Assembly: GCA_002505695.1 (NCBI GenBank)
Contig: DAVU01000020.1
Coordinates: forward strand, 5,976 to 69,975
Length of the DNA: 64,000 bases
From: Euryarchaeota archaeon UBA487
GTDB taxonomy: Archaea; Thermoplasmatota; Poseidoniia; Poseidoniales; Thalassarchaeaceae
Reading direction: 5' to 3'
Shown here: in pieces, positions 36,307 through 45,234 of the stretch
How positions within the stretch are numbered: the stretch's first letter is position 1
How the letters are laid out: every line of letters starts with the position of its first letter
Made by a program: the position numbers and the translations under genes
Notes under the pieces: model-generated
What the model was told of the DNA's origin: nothing
Databases searched by the model: none
Seen by the model: the letters and a program-made list of their open reading frames with translations, nothing else

Positions 36307-38043
36307 TTATTCAGAACGTTCGATTATGTCAACATTCACTATTCCCTCATGTAAACGGATTCGAACTAGGTCGCCGGTGTTGATATTCGATGTCGGATCG
36401 AAGTCGAAACCATGGCCATAGGGTATGGCATGCAGAGATGCGGCCGGGAGTGTCAAAGGACAGACGTCTCTGTTTAAGATCCCCTTGGGACCAACCCCGT
36501 GATAATTCAACCCCATGAGGACATATGGGGCGACTGTGGATCCGGAGCCTTTTGGGTATACCACAATTTTCCCATTCAAAGATTGGCCTTCCAATGGATG
36601 TCCTGGCTCAGTTATCACACCTGTCTGGGGGTCCACGTATCCGAGGTAGGTGATTGGGACATCGGTTGAAATCGCCCTGCCTGTGACGTCAAAGGAGTCT
36701 TGGCTTGGCAGGCCGATCCCCACCATGTTATCGGTCTCGTTTGATTTTTTCATTTTGGATCCGATCTTTTTTGGTTTTGTCTTTGATAATTTTGGCCTAG
36801 GTCCCTCTGAGAGGTTGGGGTCGAATGCATGAGCGACGCAATCCGAGATCCTAGCCACGCTGGTGGGCATGGAGTTTAGGCCGCTCTTGAGATAATGCTC
36901 TGCCTTCATAGAATTAGTGAGGATGTGATTATACAGATCTCTATTGTAAGGCGTCACCTCTGGACAGGTGTCCTTGAGGAGCAGGGCCCCTGCCTGCTCA
37001 AGTATTTCTAGAGACCCGTCTGAGCTTAGAACATCGTAATTACTTGAGGACGTAAAGACCCAAAGCCGATTGTCAGGTATCCTATCACCCAACTCCATCC
37101 TCCCTCGAACCTCTGCAACCACTGACCTCACCTCTCCGATGCTGGCTTGTGGGCATCCTATAACGACCAGATCAACTGTGCCTTTGGGGCCCAATCTCTC
37201 ATAGCATTGTTGAAGGTCATTGGACGAGAATTCTACAAAACCGAGATATCTTTTATCTCTCGGAGGTGGGGAAATCCCATCAATCCAAAGCATGGGACAA
37301 CCAAAATTTGCCGCTGCTGCAGTCAGTGCCTTCCGCATTTCAAATGAAAGATTCTCCGGAAGTCCCGAAATTAAGGGCATAGGTCCGAATGGCATGTCCC
37401 AGCTGGCCTCAATCTGACTCCCTATCCAGTCGCCAAGTATTGAGAAATCAGTTTCAGAGGACAGTTCACAATTTACTTTCACATGTAGATTCGGCATCCT
37501 GTTCTCCTCTAGGTGTAGCCCCCAAAGAGGGACCCATCCCGTTAACGCGGTTGACAGGGCGGATAGTCCTGATTCCCTATTTGTTGCCAGATTTGTGTAT
37601 GTGTTTGCGTAGCAAACCGCGTTTGATTCCGCCCAGCAGCCTATCCCATCTGGTGCCTCATATGGCTGGTCATATGGGGTGCAAGAGAGTGTTGTCTCAA
37701 TTCCCATATCCCAGTATGCTGTAACTATCTCTGTCTGCAGGCTTAGAAAATCAGGGAAATCTATGCCCATTTCCTTGATTTGAGAGGAATCGCATCCCGC
37801 AGAGTTCAAAGTTGTTGGAATGGCTACTTTGGTGCGAGAATCAGAGGACAAGTCTGCGAGGAATCGCCTTAGACCAACCCCTCCTGTGATGACTGAAACC
37901 CCTGATACATGGGCATTTATTGCTTTCGTGAATCGCTTTGCGCCTGCCACATAACCCAGATCTTTGACCAACCTCGCGGCCTTTTGCTTGGCTGGCCCAT
38001 GCTTTCCGCCAAGCATGTCGTTGAGCTCTGCAGGTACGTCCAT
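36307..38043 (-). CDS. aconitase X (AcnX) family protein, fused DUF521 (large) + DUF126 (small/swivel) domains
   Basis: N-terminus MDVPAELNDMLGGKHGPAKQKAARL (DUF521 start), GCPQASIGE, C-terminus GKIVVYPKGSGSTVAPYVLMGL...GPKGILN (DUF126). The long track start at 38148 would overlap bcp, so Met at 38043 is preferred. Confidence 0.8.
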   Translation of the reverse strand: MDVPAELNDMLGGKHGPAKQKAARLVKDLGYVAGAKRFTKAINAHVSGVSVITGGVGLRRFLADLSSDSRTKVAIPTTLNSAGCDSSQIKEMGIDFPDFLSLQTEIVTAYWDMGIETTLSCTPYDQPYEAPDGIGCWAESNAVCYANTYTNLATNRESGLSALSTALTGWVPLWGLHLEENRMPNLHVKVNCELSSETDFSILGDWIGSQIEASWDMPFGPMPLISGLPENLSFEMRKALTAAAANFGCPMLWIDGISPPPRDKRYLGFVEFSSNDLQQCYERLGPKGTVDLVVIGCPQASIGEVRSVVAEVRGRMELGDRIPDNRLWVFTSSSNYDVLSSDGSLEILEQAGALLLKDTCPEVTPYNRDLYNHILTNSMKAEHYLKSGLNSMPTSVARISDCVAHAFDPNLSEGPRPKLSKTKPKKIGSKMKKSNETDNMVGIGLPSQDSFDVTGRAISTDVPITYLGYVDPQTGVITEPGHPLEGQSLNGKIVVYPKGSGSTVAPYVLMGLNYHGVGPKGILNRDVCPLTLPAASLHAIPYGHGFDFDPTSNINTGDLVRIRLHEGIVNVDIIERSE

Positions 38044-38130
38044 GTCATACCTGCCATGGTAGGAGGAGATGAACCTAGGGTTGCTTGGGGCCGTACGAGG
38101 CTTCATGTGGCTGAGTTTACACGCTAGCAC

Positions 38131-38613
38131 ATGCTGAAGCCAGGACAAAAGGCACCCACGTTCAAAGCCAAGACCCAGAATGATGAGTATGTTTCGCTAG
38201 AAGAGATATTAGCGGATGGAAGCGGGCTAGTCCTCTTTTTCTATCCGAAAGATAGTACGCCCGGATGCACCAAAGAAGCCTGTGATTTCAGAGACGCATT
38301 CTCAGATTTTGAACAGTCAGGATATAAAATTCTAGGAGTATCCAAAGATTCTGCAGGGTCCCATGTGAGATTCATGGAAAACAACAATCTCCAGTATGAT
38401 CTAATCGTTGATACTGACTTAGCGGTTCAGAATGCCTATGGGGTATGGCAGGAGAAAACAAATTACGGCAAGACATACATGGGAACCGTCAGGTCTACCT
38501 TCGTGATAGAGAAGGATGGAGTGTTATCCGTTGCCAACTACAACGTTCGTGCGACTGGGCATGTGGAGCGCCTGTCAAAAGAGCTAGGAATAGCCACGTC
38601 CAAGGAAGAGTGA
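38131..38613 (+). CDS. bcp: thiol peroxidase Bcp (peroxiredoxin Q-type)
   Basis: GQKAPTFKA and FFYPKDSTPGCTKEAC active site. Confidence 0.9.
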   Translation: MLKPGQKAPTFKAKTQNDEYVSLEEILADGSGLVLFFYPKDSTPGCTKEACDFRDAFSDFEQSGYKILGVSKDSAGSHVRFMENNNLQYDLIVDTDLAVQNAYGVWQEKTNYGKTYMGTVRSTFVIEKDGVLSVANYNVRATGHVERLSKELGIATSKEE

Positions 38614-38614
38614 G

Positions 38615-39466
38615 GTGCAGTCCTTGGTGGATGGGAAGAAGGATTCGATTTCGAGTTTTCTCGCTAAGTGCGTTGAGTACGCCGATCTTTCCATCCAAAG
38701 AAAACTAGAGAGGGGAGATTCTGAGGCCGAGATATCTGGGTGGAAATCCTACAGAGAGTTTACTGCCTACTCCCTATCAGAATTACAATCCGGAAAATTG
38801 GACGATTGGTTGGAAGACGAAGCGATTGAGGCTCTTCCCCATGGGTCAAAGACCCTTGGATCAGGCTACAGCAAGATGAATTTGGATGAAATGGGGCACA
38901 AGGAAAGAAGCGACTTGCTTGGATCTATCTTGGGGCCTCGTCCGGTCTTTCTCGTCGGAACCGAAAGCCCAGATGGTGTGAAAAACCTCGCTCCCATGTC
39001 ATCAATCAATATCCTCTCTAACTCACCGCCCCTAATATCAATGAGCATATCAACTGATCGAGGCGGCAGGGTCAGAGACACTCTCTCCAACATAAGAGAG
39101 GCAGAAAACGGATGTCGAGTGTCCATTCATTGTCTGAGGGGGGATATGATCGGCGCTGCAGACGTGCAAGCCGCGGCAAGACCGGTACCCAGAGAAACTA
39201 GTGAATGGGATTTGATTTCAGGGTCAGCCATACACGACACATCTGGAGACCTGCTTTCATCAGCGATAGCTACAATACACACAAAGGTGGTAGAGATAAG
39301 GAAGCTCCCCGAGTCCAGCAAAGCATTCCTAGTGATCATGCTAGCAGAGTCCCTCGCCACCATTCCTAATTCAGAAGAGCCGACTTCTAGGCTAGTTCAA
39401 ATCAGCAACAGGGTGTTGTCAGGCAGTTCAGACGGTTCAACTTGGAAGTATGAACTAGATTGGTGA
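38615..39466 (+). CDS. flavin reductase-like (FMN-binding split-barrel) domain protein with ~100-aa N-terminal extension
   Basis: GPRPVFLVGTESPDGVKNLAPMSSINILSNSPPLISMSI matches the flavin_reduct pattern (PRPVxLVxT...NxAPxS...PP). GTG start 1 nt after the bcp stop. Confidence 0.6.
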   Translation: MQSLVDGKKDSISSFLAKCVEYADLSIQRKLERGDSEAEISGWKSYREFTAYSLSELQSGKLDDWLEDEAIEALPHGSKTLGSGYSKMNLDEMGHKERSDLLGSILGPRPVFLVGTESPDGVKNLAPMSSINILSNSPPLISMSISTDRGGRVRDTLSNIREAENGCRVSIHCLRGDMIGAADVQAAARPVPRETSEWDLISGSAIHDTSGDLLSSAIATIHTKVVEIRKLPESSKAFLVIMLAESLATIPNSEEPTSRLVQISNRVLSGSSDGSTWKYELDW

Positions 39467-39943
39467 AGAGTCCTCTGCCGAGCCCTCTCTCCAGACGGCG
39501 GTACCAAGGACGTGTTGTTTCTGATCTACCCTGACCCCTTTTCCAGGTACCACCAGAAGGCAACCATCGGTATCAATCTTGAAGGCTGGTTTCCCAATTT
39601 TATTTGCCAAATCGGCAATCCTTTTTCGCAATGCCCTTCTTTGAGTATCGACATGCAAGAGGTCGTGTAGGTCGATGATTAGAGTCCTGCCGAGAATCAT
39701 TGAATTCTCGACGTCTCTGAGATCCAGCCCTAGTCTGTCGTTCGGTTTGAAATAACTCAATGCACCAGTCTTTCCCGGCATAAGTCGATTTGTTCGTTCG
39801 GACCACACTGCACTGTCCAGTTGGTGGAAAGGTTGGCTTGGAGCGATTCCTCCACTCTTTGATAGGGGGATGTCGCTTTCATTTTCCGTGGAATATGTCG
39901 GAAGGCCGAGAATCCTATGTATCCACTTCACGATTGCCAGCAA
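39455..39943 (-). CDS. SepF-like (DUF552) cell-division protein candidate
   Basis: N-terminal amphipathic MLAIVKWIHRILGL. C-terminal RTLIIDLHDLLHVDTQRRALRKRIADLANKIGKPAFKIDTDGCLLVVPGKGVRV resembles the SepF core. Confidence 0.45.
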   Translation of the reverse strand: MLAIVKWIHRILGLPTYSTENESDIPLSKSGGIAPSQPFHQLDSAVWSERTNRLMPGKTGALSYFKPNDRLGLDLRDVENSMILGRTLIIDLHDLLHVDTQRRALRKRIADLANKIGKPAFKIDTDGCLLVVPGKGVRVDQKQHVLGTAVWREGSAEDSSPI

Positions 39944-39948
39944 CCTTA

Positions 39949-42900
39949 CTACTCAATCAGTTCTTCCCTCAATGACTTCGACAACTCGTCTAATTCTGGG
40001 TCTGGATTCCTGTCCGAGGACTGTCGTTGTGTGCCGTAAAGCTTCTCTGCCAGCTCCTCCATTGAATCCCTGATAGGGTCATCATTTACTATCTCACGCG
40101 AGATCGGCTTTGGCTCGGAGGGCGATATCGATTTCTTGGACCTCTTTGTTTCTCGAGACGATGGTAATTTCGTCACTTCAGGGGCGGGTGCCCTTCTGCG
40201 TAGGATTATCGCTGCGCCCAATAAAGCAGCCAACAGAATTCCTGCAGAGGCGATGACAACTCCCATTGGCTGGGGTGCGGGATCGACTCTAATTTCGATA
40301 TCGAAGGTGGATGTCTCTGTTCCGTCGTTTACCATGAGTCTGATGGTTCTACTGCCATCCTTCCCAAAGTTCGTTTGAACTGAGTATCCGATCATGTCTC
40401 GATCGTTGGCCGGATTGCCATCGCCGTCCGAGTCGGAGTTGGTGTTGAGATCCCATGCGAAGTTGAGGTATGGTACATCCGAGGGAGTGTCGGTTGACCC
40501 TATTGCAGTAAAGATGACCTGATCCCCTTCCATCAATACAGTGCCTGAGGCTTCTCCGAGAGCAACTGGAGGTTTGTTCTTGATTGTGAGTGGGATTTCT
40601 ACAGAGGCCATCGAGCCGTCATCATCAGTCACGTGCAGAAGGATGCTACTAGGAGACAGGGATGATTCGCCCCATGCGTATTCAAACGTCGAACCCTCGT
40701 AATCGCAATCGTCGTCCATGAGTCCTGATCCTGACGAGTCTGAGGAAGTGTCAAGATCCCAACAGATCGACATTGTCTCTAGATCGGATTGGGTATCCCT
40801 TATGTTCACAGGTATCTGTATTAGGGAGTCTTCGAACACAGGAAGAGGAGGTGAGATCGGATCGATTGTGGGTGGTGTGTTGATCACCTCTATAGGTACT
40901 GTAGTCACGCCTGTCGAGGCGTCATCATTGTCGAATGCCTCGAATGCCAAGAGGTGGAATCCTGATTTGGTGAAGGTGTGCTCAATCTCAAAGTCCGGGC
41001 CATAGTCTTCGATCAACAACGACGGGATATAGTCTGCATCCGGTCTCCAGATTGCCATAAGTGATGGAATGTCGCCCGCTGAATCCTCGACTTTGGCCGT
41101 AAATCTCAGCACTTCACCCTCGTTTACAGTGAACAGCCCCCTAGAATCTGCCGATAGTCGATTTGGCCCCATCCATACATGAAGGTGGGCTAGCTCGGGG
41201 GCAGCATTCAGGACAGATATCGTGGCATTTGCTTCGGTGGAGTGTCCATCATCATCAGTCGCTGTGACTGATGCTCTGTATGAGCCCTCGGAATTTGGGG
41301 AGAAGGTGCAGGATGTGGTGATTCGGCCTTCCATACATGTCTCATTCCACAAGATGCTGACGGGGGAAGATGGACTGGTTGTATCGAGGTCCCCATAGGA
41401 TTCAAGCGTAAGAGTCACTTGTTCACCTATCACAATTGGTTGAATGGGTTGGTTAATTGATATGTCCGGGGGTCTATTCATGATGTCTATTTGAGTTGAC
41501 ATTTCGGCTTTGTCACCCTCTTCATCAGTGACGGTGAGCAGTATGTCGTATGTTCCGTCATTTGACCAACTTTGGGTTTGTTGGCAGCCGTGTAATGATT
41601 GATACTCTCCATCAGGGGTCTCTATATCCATTTTGCAGGAAACCGTACCTCCATCTGGGTCAAATGATGATGTGGCGTCAATTACAACTTGAGAGAGAGT
41701 GAGCTGGTTATCTGGTACGTCAATGTCTGCGATTGGAAGCCTACCCACGTAGATGAAAGCCTCTGTGATGTCATTTGACGGATTAGCGTCGGGGGAGTTC
41801 GTGTCTATTGTGAAGGAGATTAATTCCATGCCAGTTGATTCTGGTACCAGCCATTGGAATTGTGCTGTGTGTGACTCCATGGATGATAGGGGAGGGAAAG
41901 GTAGGACTCCAATAGCGCCCTGACTGGCCTGAGAGGTCAGAGTGCCTCCAGGGGATGTTCTGAGTCCTTCGTTGATGATTGGGACGGTCATGGTCATTAG
42001 GTCCCCTGGAACAGCGTTGAAGGGGGCTGTAATCGATTGAATCTCTCCACTCCTATTCCTTTGGATTGAGATAGAGGAGGATTCAATTTTTAGGTCAACT
42101 TCGTAAATATCTGGGTCTAATGTAATCGTGGATATCCCTATGTGGTCTGTATTCATAATTCTTGCAACTATACCGTGAGAGCCATGCTCGCCGTCCACTG
42201 AAGAATCGTCTCCTCGTAGTCCATAATTCAGAGTCGTGAAAGCGGATCCATTGGACCCCGTTGTCAGTGTTTGGACTTCTCCGGTGGGATCATATCTGAA
42301 TTCGATTTCTTGATCTGCAATTGGCCCCCCGTTGGCATTGCTTACATTGACCCATATTGGCGAGGTGAAGTCAAATGGTGCAAGGGGGTACATGGGTTCC
42401 ACATCAATGAAGTAAGGCCTAGGTGACAGCGTAGAGTAGTCAATTTCGTGTCTAGCCATGAGGCCCAGAGTGACCTCGTTCAGGGTGACTACGTCATTTT
42501 TCATCGAGTCGCAATGCCATCCATATCCGACTAGACTTCCATTCACGTCGGTGGCAGTCACATTGTAACTCACCGAGCAGCCGGATTGAGATACCCCGGG
42601 GTATCCGGCTTGCACAACTGTCGATGTTGTCTCAACTTGGTCGCTTGTCGATTGTGGGATCGTCACATAACTCGAGCTGCCTGAATAGGTCGTATTCACG
42701 GTGTAGTTGTTTACCCAGGTGTCACCGACGCTCAGGGGAAAGTCATGTCTCTCAAGCGGGGGCCAATATTCGTTGGAGGCGGTTATGGATGCGATGTCGC
42801 ACGATATGAAGAAGCAAATCCATCCGAATGCCGGATCAAATTCGATATCGATCGTGGCTGTCTGGGATATAACGGCCATATCACTGACACGGATTATGGA

Positions 42901-43311
42901 GGTCGTATCCATTTCGACGACTACGTCGCCGTTCTGCCCTTCCAGCTGAACGTTGTCTGCCCTGTAGTCGCCGGTTCCGGCCACGGTGTAGGTGAGTGTC
43001 TGAATTCCGCCTACGTCTACCAGGTTTATGCTTTCAACCTGGACATCCAAAGTTCCAGTGAGTGTATTGACGTTCGTAGATACGCCGCTGTCCACGATGA
43101 AATCGTAAACGTCTAGTTCTCCGGAGTAGACCCATCGGTCGTTTATCCTCCATGTTGGGGCGTCAATGAATGAGTTCCCACTTGATGTTTCGGCTGATTT
43201 TGCCTCGTTTTGTAGGGCGTACTCAAAGTCGCCGTGTATCGGGATTGAAACAAGCAGGATTGCCATCGTTGTGGATATTGCTCCCAACTTAAGCCTAGAG
43301 TTGGGTCCCAT
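39949..43311 (-). CDS. large cell-surface protein (Ig-like, CARDB-like and 5 PKD-like domains), C-terminal TM anchor and ~80-aa cytoplasmic tail
   Basis: Signal/anchor AISTTMAILLVSIPIHG. CARDB-like TIDTNSPDANPSNDITEAFIYV. PKD-like units with TDEEGD / TDDDGH / FDNDDA / TDDDGS / VNDGTE. TM GVVIASAGILLAALLGAAIIL followed by RRR. Confidence 0.75.
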   Translation of the reverse strand: MGPNSRLKLGAISTTMAILLVSIPIHGDFEYALQNEAKSAETSSGNSFIDAPTWRINDRWVYSGELDVYDFIVDSGVSTNVNTLTGTLDVQVESINLVDVGGIQTLTYTVAGTGDYRADNVQLEGQNGDVVVEMDTTSIIRVSDMAVISQTATIDIEFDPAFGWICFFISCDIASITASNEYWPPLERHDFPLSVGDTWVNNYTVNTTYSGSSSYVTIPQSTSDQVETTSTVVQAGYPGVSQSGCSVSYNVTATDVNGSLVGYGWHCDSMKNDVVTLNEVTLGLMARHEIDYSTLSPRPYFIDVEPMYPLAPFDFTSPIWVNVSNANGGPIADQEIEFRYDPTGEVQTLTTGSNGSAFTTLNYGLRGDDSSVDGEHGSHGIVARIMNTDHIGISTITLDPDIYEVDLKIESSSISIQRNRSGEIQSITAPFNAVPGDLMTMTVPIINEGLRTSPGGTLTSQASQGAIGVLPFPPLSSMESHTAQFQWLVPESTGMELISFTIDTNSPDANPSNDITEAFIYVGRLPIADIDVPDNQLTLSQVVIDATSSFDPDGGTVSCKMDIETPDGEYQSLHGCQQTQSWSNDGTYDILLTVTDEEGDKAEMSTQIDIMNRPPDISINQPIQPIVIGEQVTLTLESYGDLDTTSPSSPVSILWNETCMEGRITTSCTFSPNSEGSYRASVTATDDDGHSTEANATISVLNAAPELAHLHVWMGPNRLSADSRGLFTVNEGEVLRFTAKVEDSAGDIPSLMAIWRPDADYIPSLLIEDYGPDFEIEHTFTKSGFHLLAFEAFDNDDASTGVTTVPIEVINTPPTIDPISPPLPVFEDSLIQIPVNIRDTQSDLETMSICWDLDTSSDSSGSGLMDDDCDYEGSTFEYAWGESSLSPSSILLHVTDDDGSMASVEIPLTIKNKPPVALGEASGTVLMEGDQVIFTAIGSTDTPSDVPYLNFAWDLNTNSDSDGDGNPANDRDMIGYSVQTNFGKDGSRTIRLMVNDGTETSTFDIEIRVDPAPQPMGVVIASAGILLAALLGAAIILRRRAPAPEVTKLPSSRETKRSKKSISPSEPKPISREIVNDDPIRDSMEELAEKLYGTQRQSSDRNPDPELDELSKSLREELIE
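40276..41739 (-). repeat. five tandem PKD-like domain-coding units within the surface protein gene (about aa 525-1012)
   Basis: Each unit of about 90-100 aa ends in N-x-x-P-P/AAP (MNRPP, LNAAP, INTPP, KNKPP, VDPAP) and has a D-rich G-strand motif. Protein-level repeat; DNA identity is low. Confidence 0.6.
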
Positions 43312-43352
43312 GTCTTGCCTAGTGCATTTGATTTAATCAACTGTTGTGTAGA

Positions 43353-44069
43353 TCAAAGCAAGTCTGCCAATTCGTCTTGGATGAATTGAACTGCCTCGAG
43401 GATCTCGTCCTTCCGCCTAGCCCCTGTTATGACCATCTTCCCACTCCCGAAAATTAGGCAGACTACTCGTGGGAAGTCCAGCCTGTATATGAGGCCGGGA
43501 AATTGTTCTGGCTCGTATTCGACCTTGTCAAAGGGCAAATGGAAGGTTAAATTGTTGAGGTTGAGTTTACGAGGCATTGTGGCAAGTGGCTCGCCTTCTT
43601 TTATGCCCCTGATTCTTGGGTCTTCTGCTTCTACCTCCTCGTCAGTGGCAGGCCTTATTTCGCCCCCATCTAGGTCGATAACGCGGGTGTTGATGTCATC
43701 CATCCTAGCCGTGCCGTCGTAATCCTCCGGATAGTGCAGAGCATAAGTGGCAACCATATTTTGGACCTCAATTTTTACATCTTCTACCTCCCATGTGTCG
43801 ATGCCTGCAGCTCTGAGATCACCAATCATCCTGGTAATTCCTTCCTGGATATTCTCCTCGTTTTTGCCGCCTGTGCACACTGCCCTTCCTGACCTGAACA
43901 TGAGTATGGCTAGCTTTGGGTCCACTACTCTGTAAACGACTCCTGGAAATTGCTCTGGTTCGTATTCACAATTCAACTGGATTGCGATGTCAGGCAGGTC
44001 GAGTTCTTCGGCAACACGTGTTGATGCGACTACGTTTACCACAGTCAGTCGTTCTTCATCACTCTTCAT
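43353..44069 (-). CDS. tbp: TATA-box binding protein with insertion in the second repeat
   Basis: Two repeats: NVVAS...EYEPEQFPGVVYRV...FRSGRAVCTGG and VQNMVAT...EYEPEQFPGLIYRL...FGSGKMVITGA. ATG 44069 is preferred over GTG 44081, which abuts the TATA palindrome. Confidence 0.9.
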   Translation of the reverse strand: MKSDEERLTVVNVVASTRVAEELDLPDIAIQLNCEYEPEQFPGVVYRVVDPKLAILMFRSGRAVCTGGKNEENIQEGITRMIGDLRAAGIDTWEVEDVKIEVQNMVATYALHYPEDYDGTARMDDINTRVIDLDGGEIRPATDEEVEAEDPRIRGIKEGEPLATMPRKLNLNNLTFHLPFDKVEYEPEQFPGLIYRLDFPRVVCLIFGSGKMVITGARRKDEILEAVQFIQDELADLL

Positions 44070-44080
44070 ACAAATCCGCA

Positions 44081-44099
44081 CTTATATATGATATATAAG
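44081..44099 (-). promoter_or_regulatory. perfect 19-bp palindromic TATA element upstream of tbp
   Basis: cttatatatGatatataag has 9-bp perfect arms. The distal arm is centred about 26 nt upstream of ATG 44069, which is leaderless-type spacing. Confidence 0.5.
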
Positions 44100-44112
44100 T
44101 GAGTGCAATCCA

Positions 44113-45084
44113 TCACGAACTCAAAATTCTGGCCCCATCGCAGTGCATGGGAGTGATTATTGCTCTTCCTCCACTCATCTCTATGGTCTGAGCCACTCTT
44201 TCTGGGTTGTAAGTCAGTGCCATCATACAACCGCCTCCTCCAGAACCTGTTATTTTTGCGCCCAGACTGTGTGGTCGCACCGCCTCAATCAGGGTTTCAA
44301 GCATTGGTGTACTGAGGCCTAGGGATCTTAGCTTCTCATGGCACACATTCATAGTCATTCCAACAGCTTCCCATGCTCCCGATCTCAATGCTACCAACCC
44401 CATCAGGGTTAATTCTCCGATAAAGTCCAGATCCTGTTTCTTCCCCTGGTTCTCGGAGATAAGCTCTGCGACCATGGAAACCATTTTTGCGGTTTGGGAG
44501 GGGGCTCCTGAGTGTCCAAGGACGATATGTGGCATGTCGTCAAAAGTAAGATCCACTGCTCCAACATCCCAATCCATTACTCCTTCTGGGGTGTCGAGAG
44601 TTGCTTGGAAAATAGGGTCTGCCGTCCCTGAGAGATTCTTAGACACGACTACACAGCCGCCCAAGGAGCTAGTTGCGGTGTCTGTGGGGCTTGCGCGTCC
44701 GAGTTGTGCATGGGCCTCCGCTTGATGTGCTGTGATGGCAGCATCGACAGGATTCGTCGAATGTCCCATGGATTCTGCCAAGGCGAGTTGTGCTGCAACA
44801 GATAGCGCCGCAGAGGACCCTTGGCCTGCCGCAGGGAAAAGTTCACTTGATATTTTTATCGACATTGGCCTGTCAGTCAATTGATTTCTCTTGACTAGCC
44901 AATTGAGGTGTGGATGCCGATTTGGGCACAAGGGCCGATTCTCGACGGTCCAAGAGTTGGACTCAGAAACTGATACCTCGACCCCCCTGCTTATGGCCAC
45001 CGCCACCGCAGGATGGCCGTAGACCACTGCATGCTCCCCGAAAAGGATGGCTTTGCCCGGGGCGTATGCTCTGACCATGTTCAC
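44113..45084 (-). CDS. mvk: mevalonate kinase (GHMP kinase)
   Basis: YAPGKAILFGEHAVVYGHPAVAVAI, GQGSSAALSVA, KITGSGGGGCMMAL. Alternative ATG start at 45078. Confidence 0.88.
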   Translation of the reverse strand: MNMVRAYAPGKAILFGEHAVVYGHPAVAVAISRGVEVSVSESNSWTVENRPLCPNRHPHLNWLVKRNQLTDRPMSIKISSELFPAAGQGSSAALSVAAQLALAESMGHSTNPVDAAITAHQAEAHAQLGRASPTDTATSSLGGCVVVSKNLSGTADPIFQATLDTPEGVMDWDVGAVDLTFDDMPHIVLGHSGAPSQTAKMVSMVAELISENQGKKQDLDFIGELTLMGLVALRSGAWEAVGMTMNVCHEKLRSLGLSTPMLETLIEAVRPHSLGAKITGSGGGGCMMALTYNPERVAQTIEMSGGRAIITPMHCDGARILSS

Positions 45085-45234
45085 CGAGAACGGTCATCTG
45101 GCATAGTGGCTTCGCGTGGCATAGCATCATTCAAGGGCTCGCACCTACTAAGAAGGGTCAGCGGGACGCCCCCCTAGGACGTGGTTTGAATCGAACACCC
45201 CCTTCTGATCGATTATTTTGGTGTTCCCGGATGG

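Noticed and set aside
45099-45124. Direct repeat tggcatag ... tggcatag (18-nt period) in the mvk / Fe-S oxidoreductase divergent intergenic region
   Set aside because: An 8-nt repeat can occur by chance and I found no supporting palindrome or conservation. It is a possible operator, but the sequence alone does not support the call.
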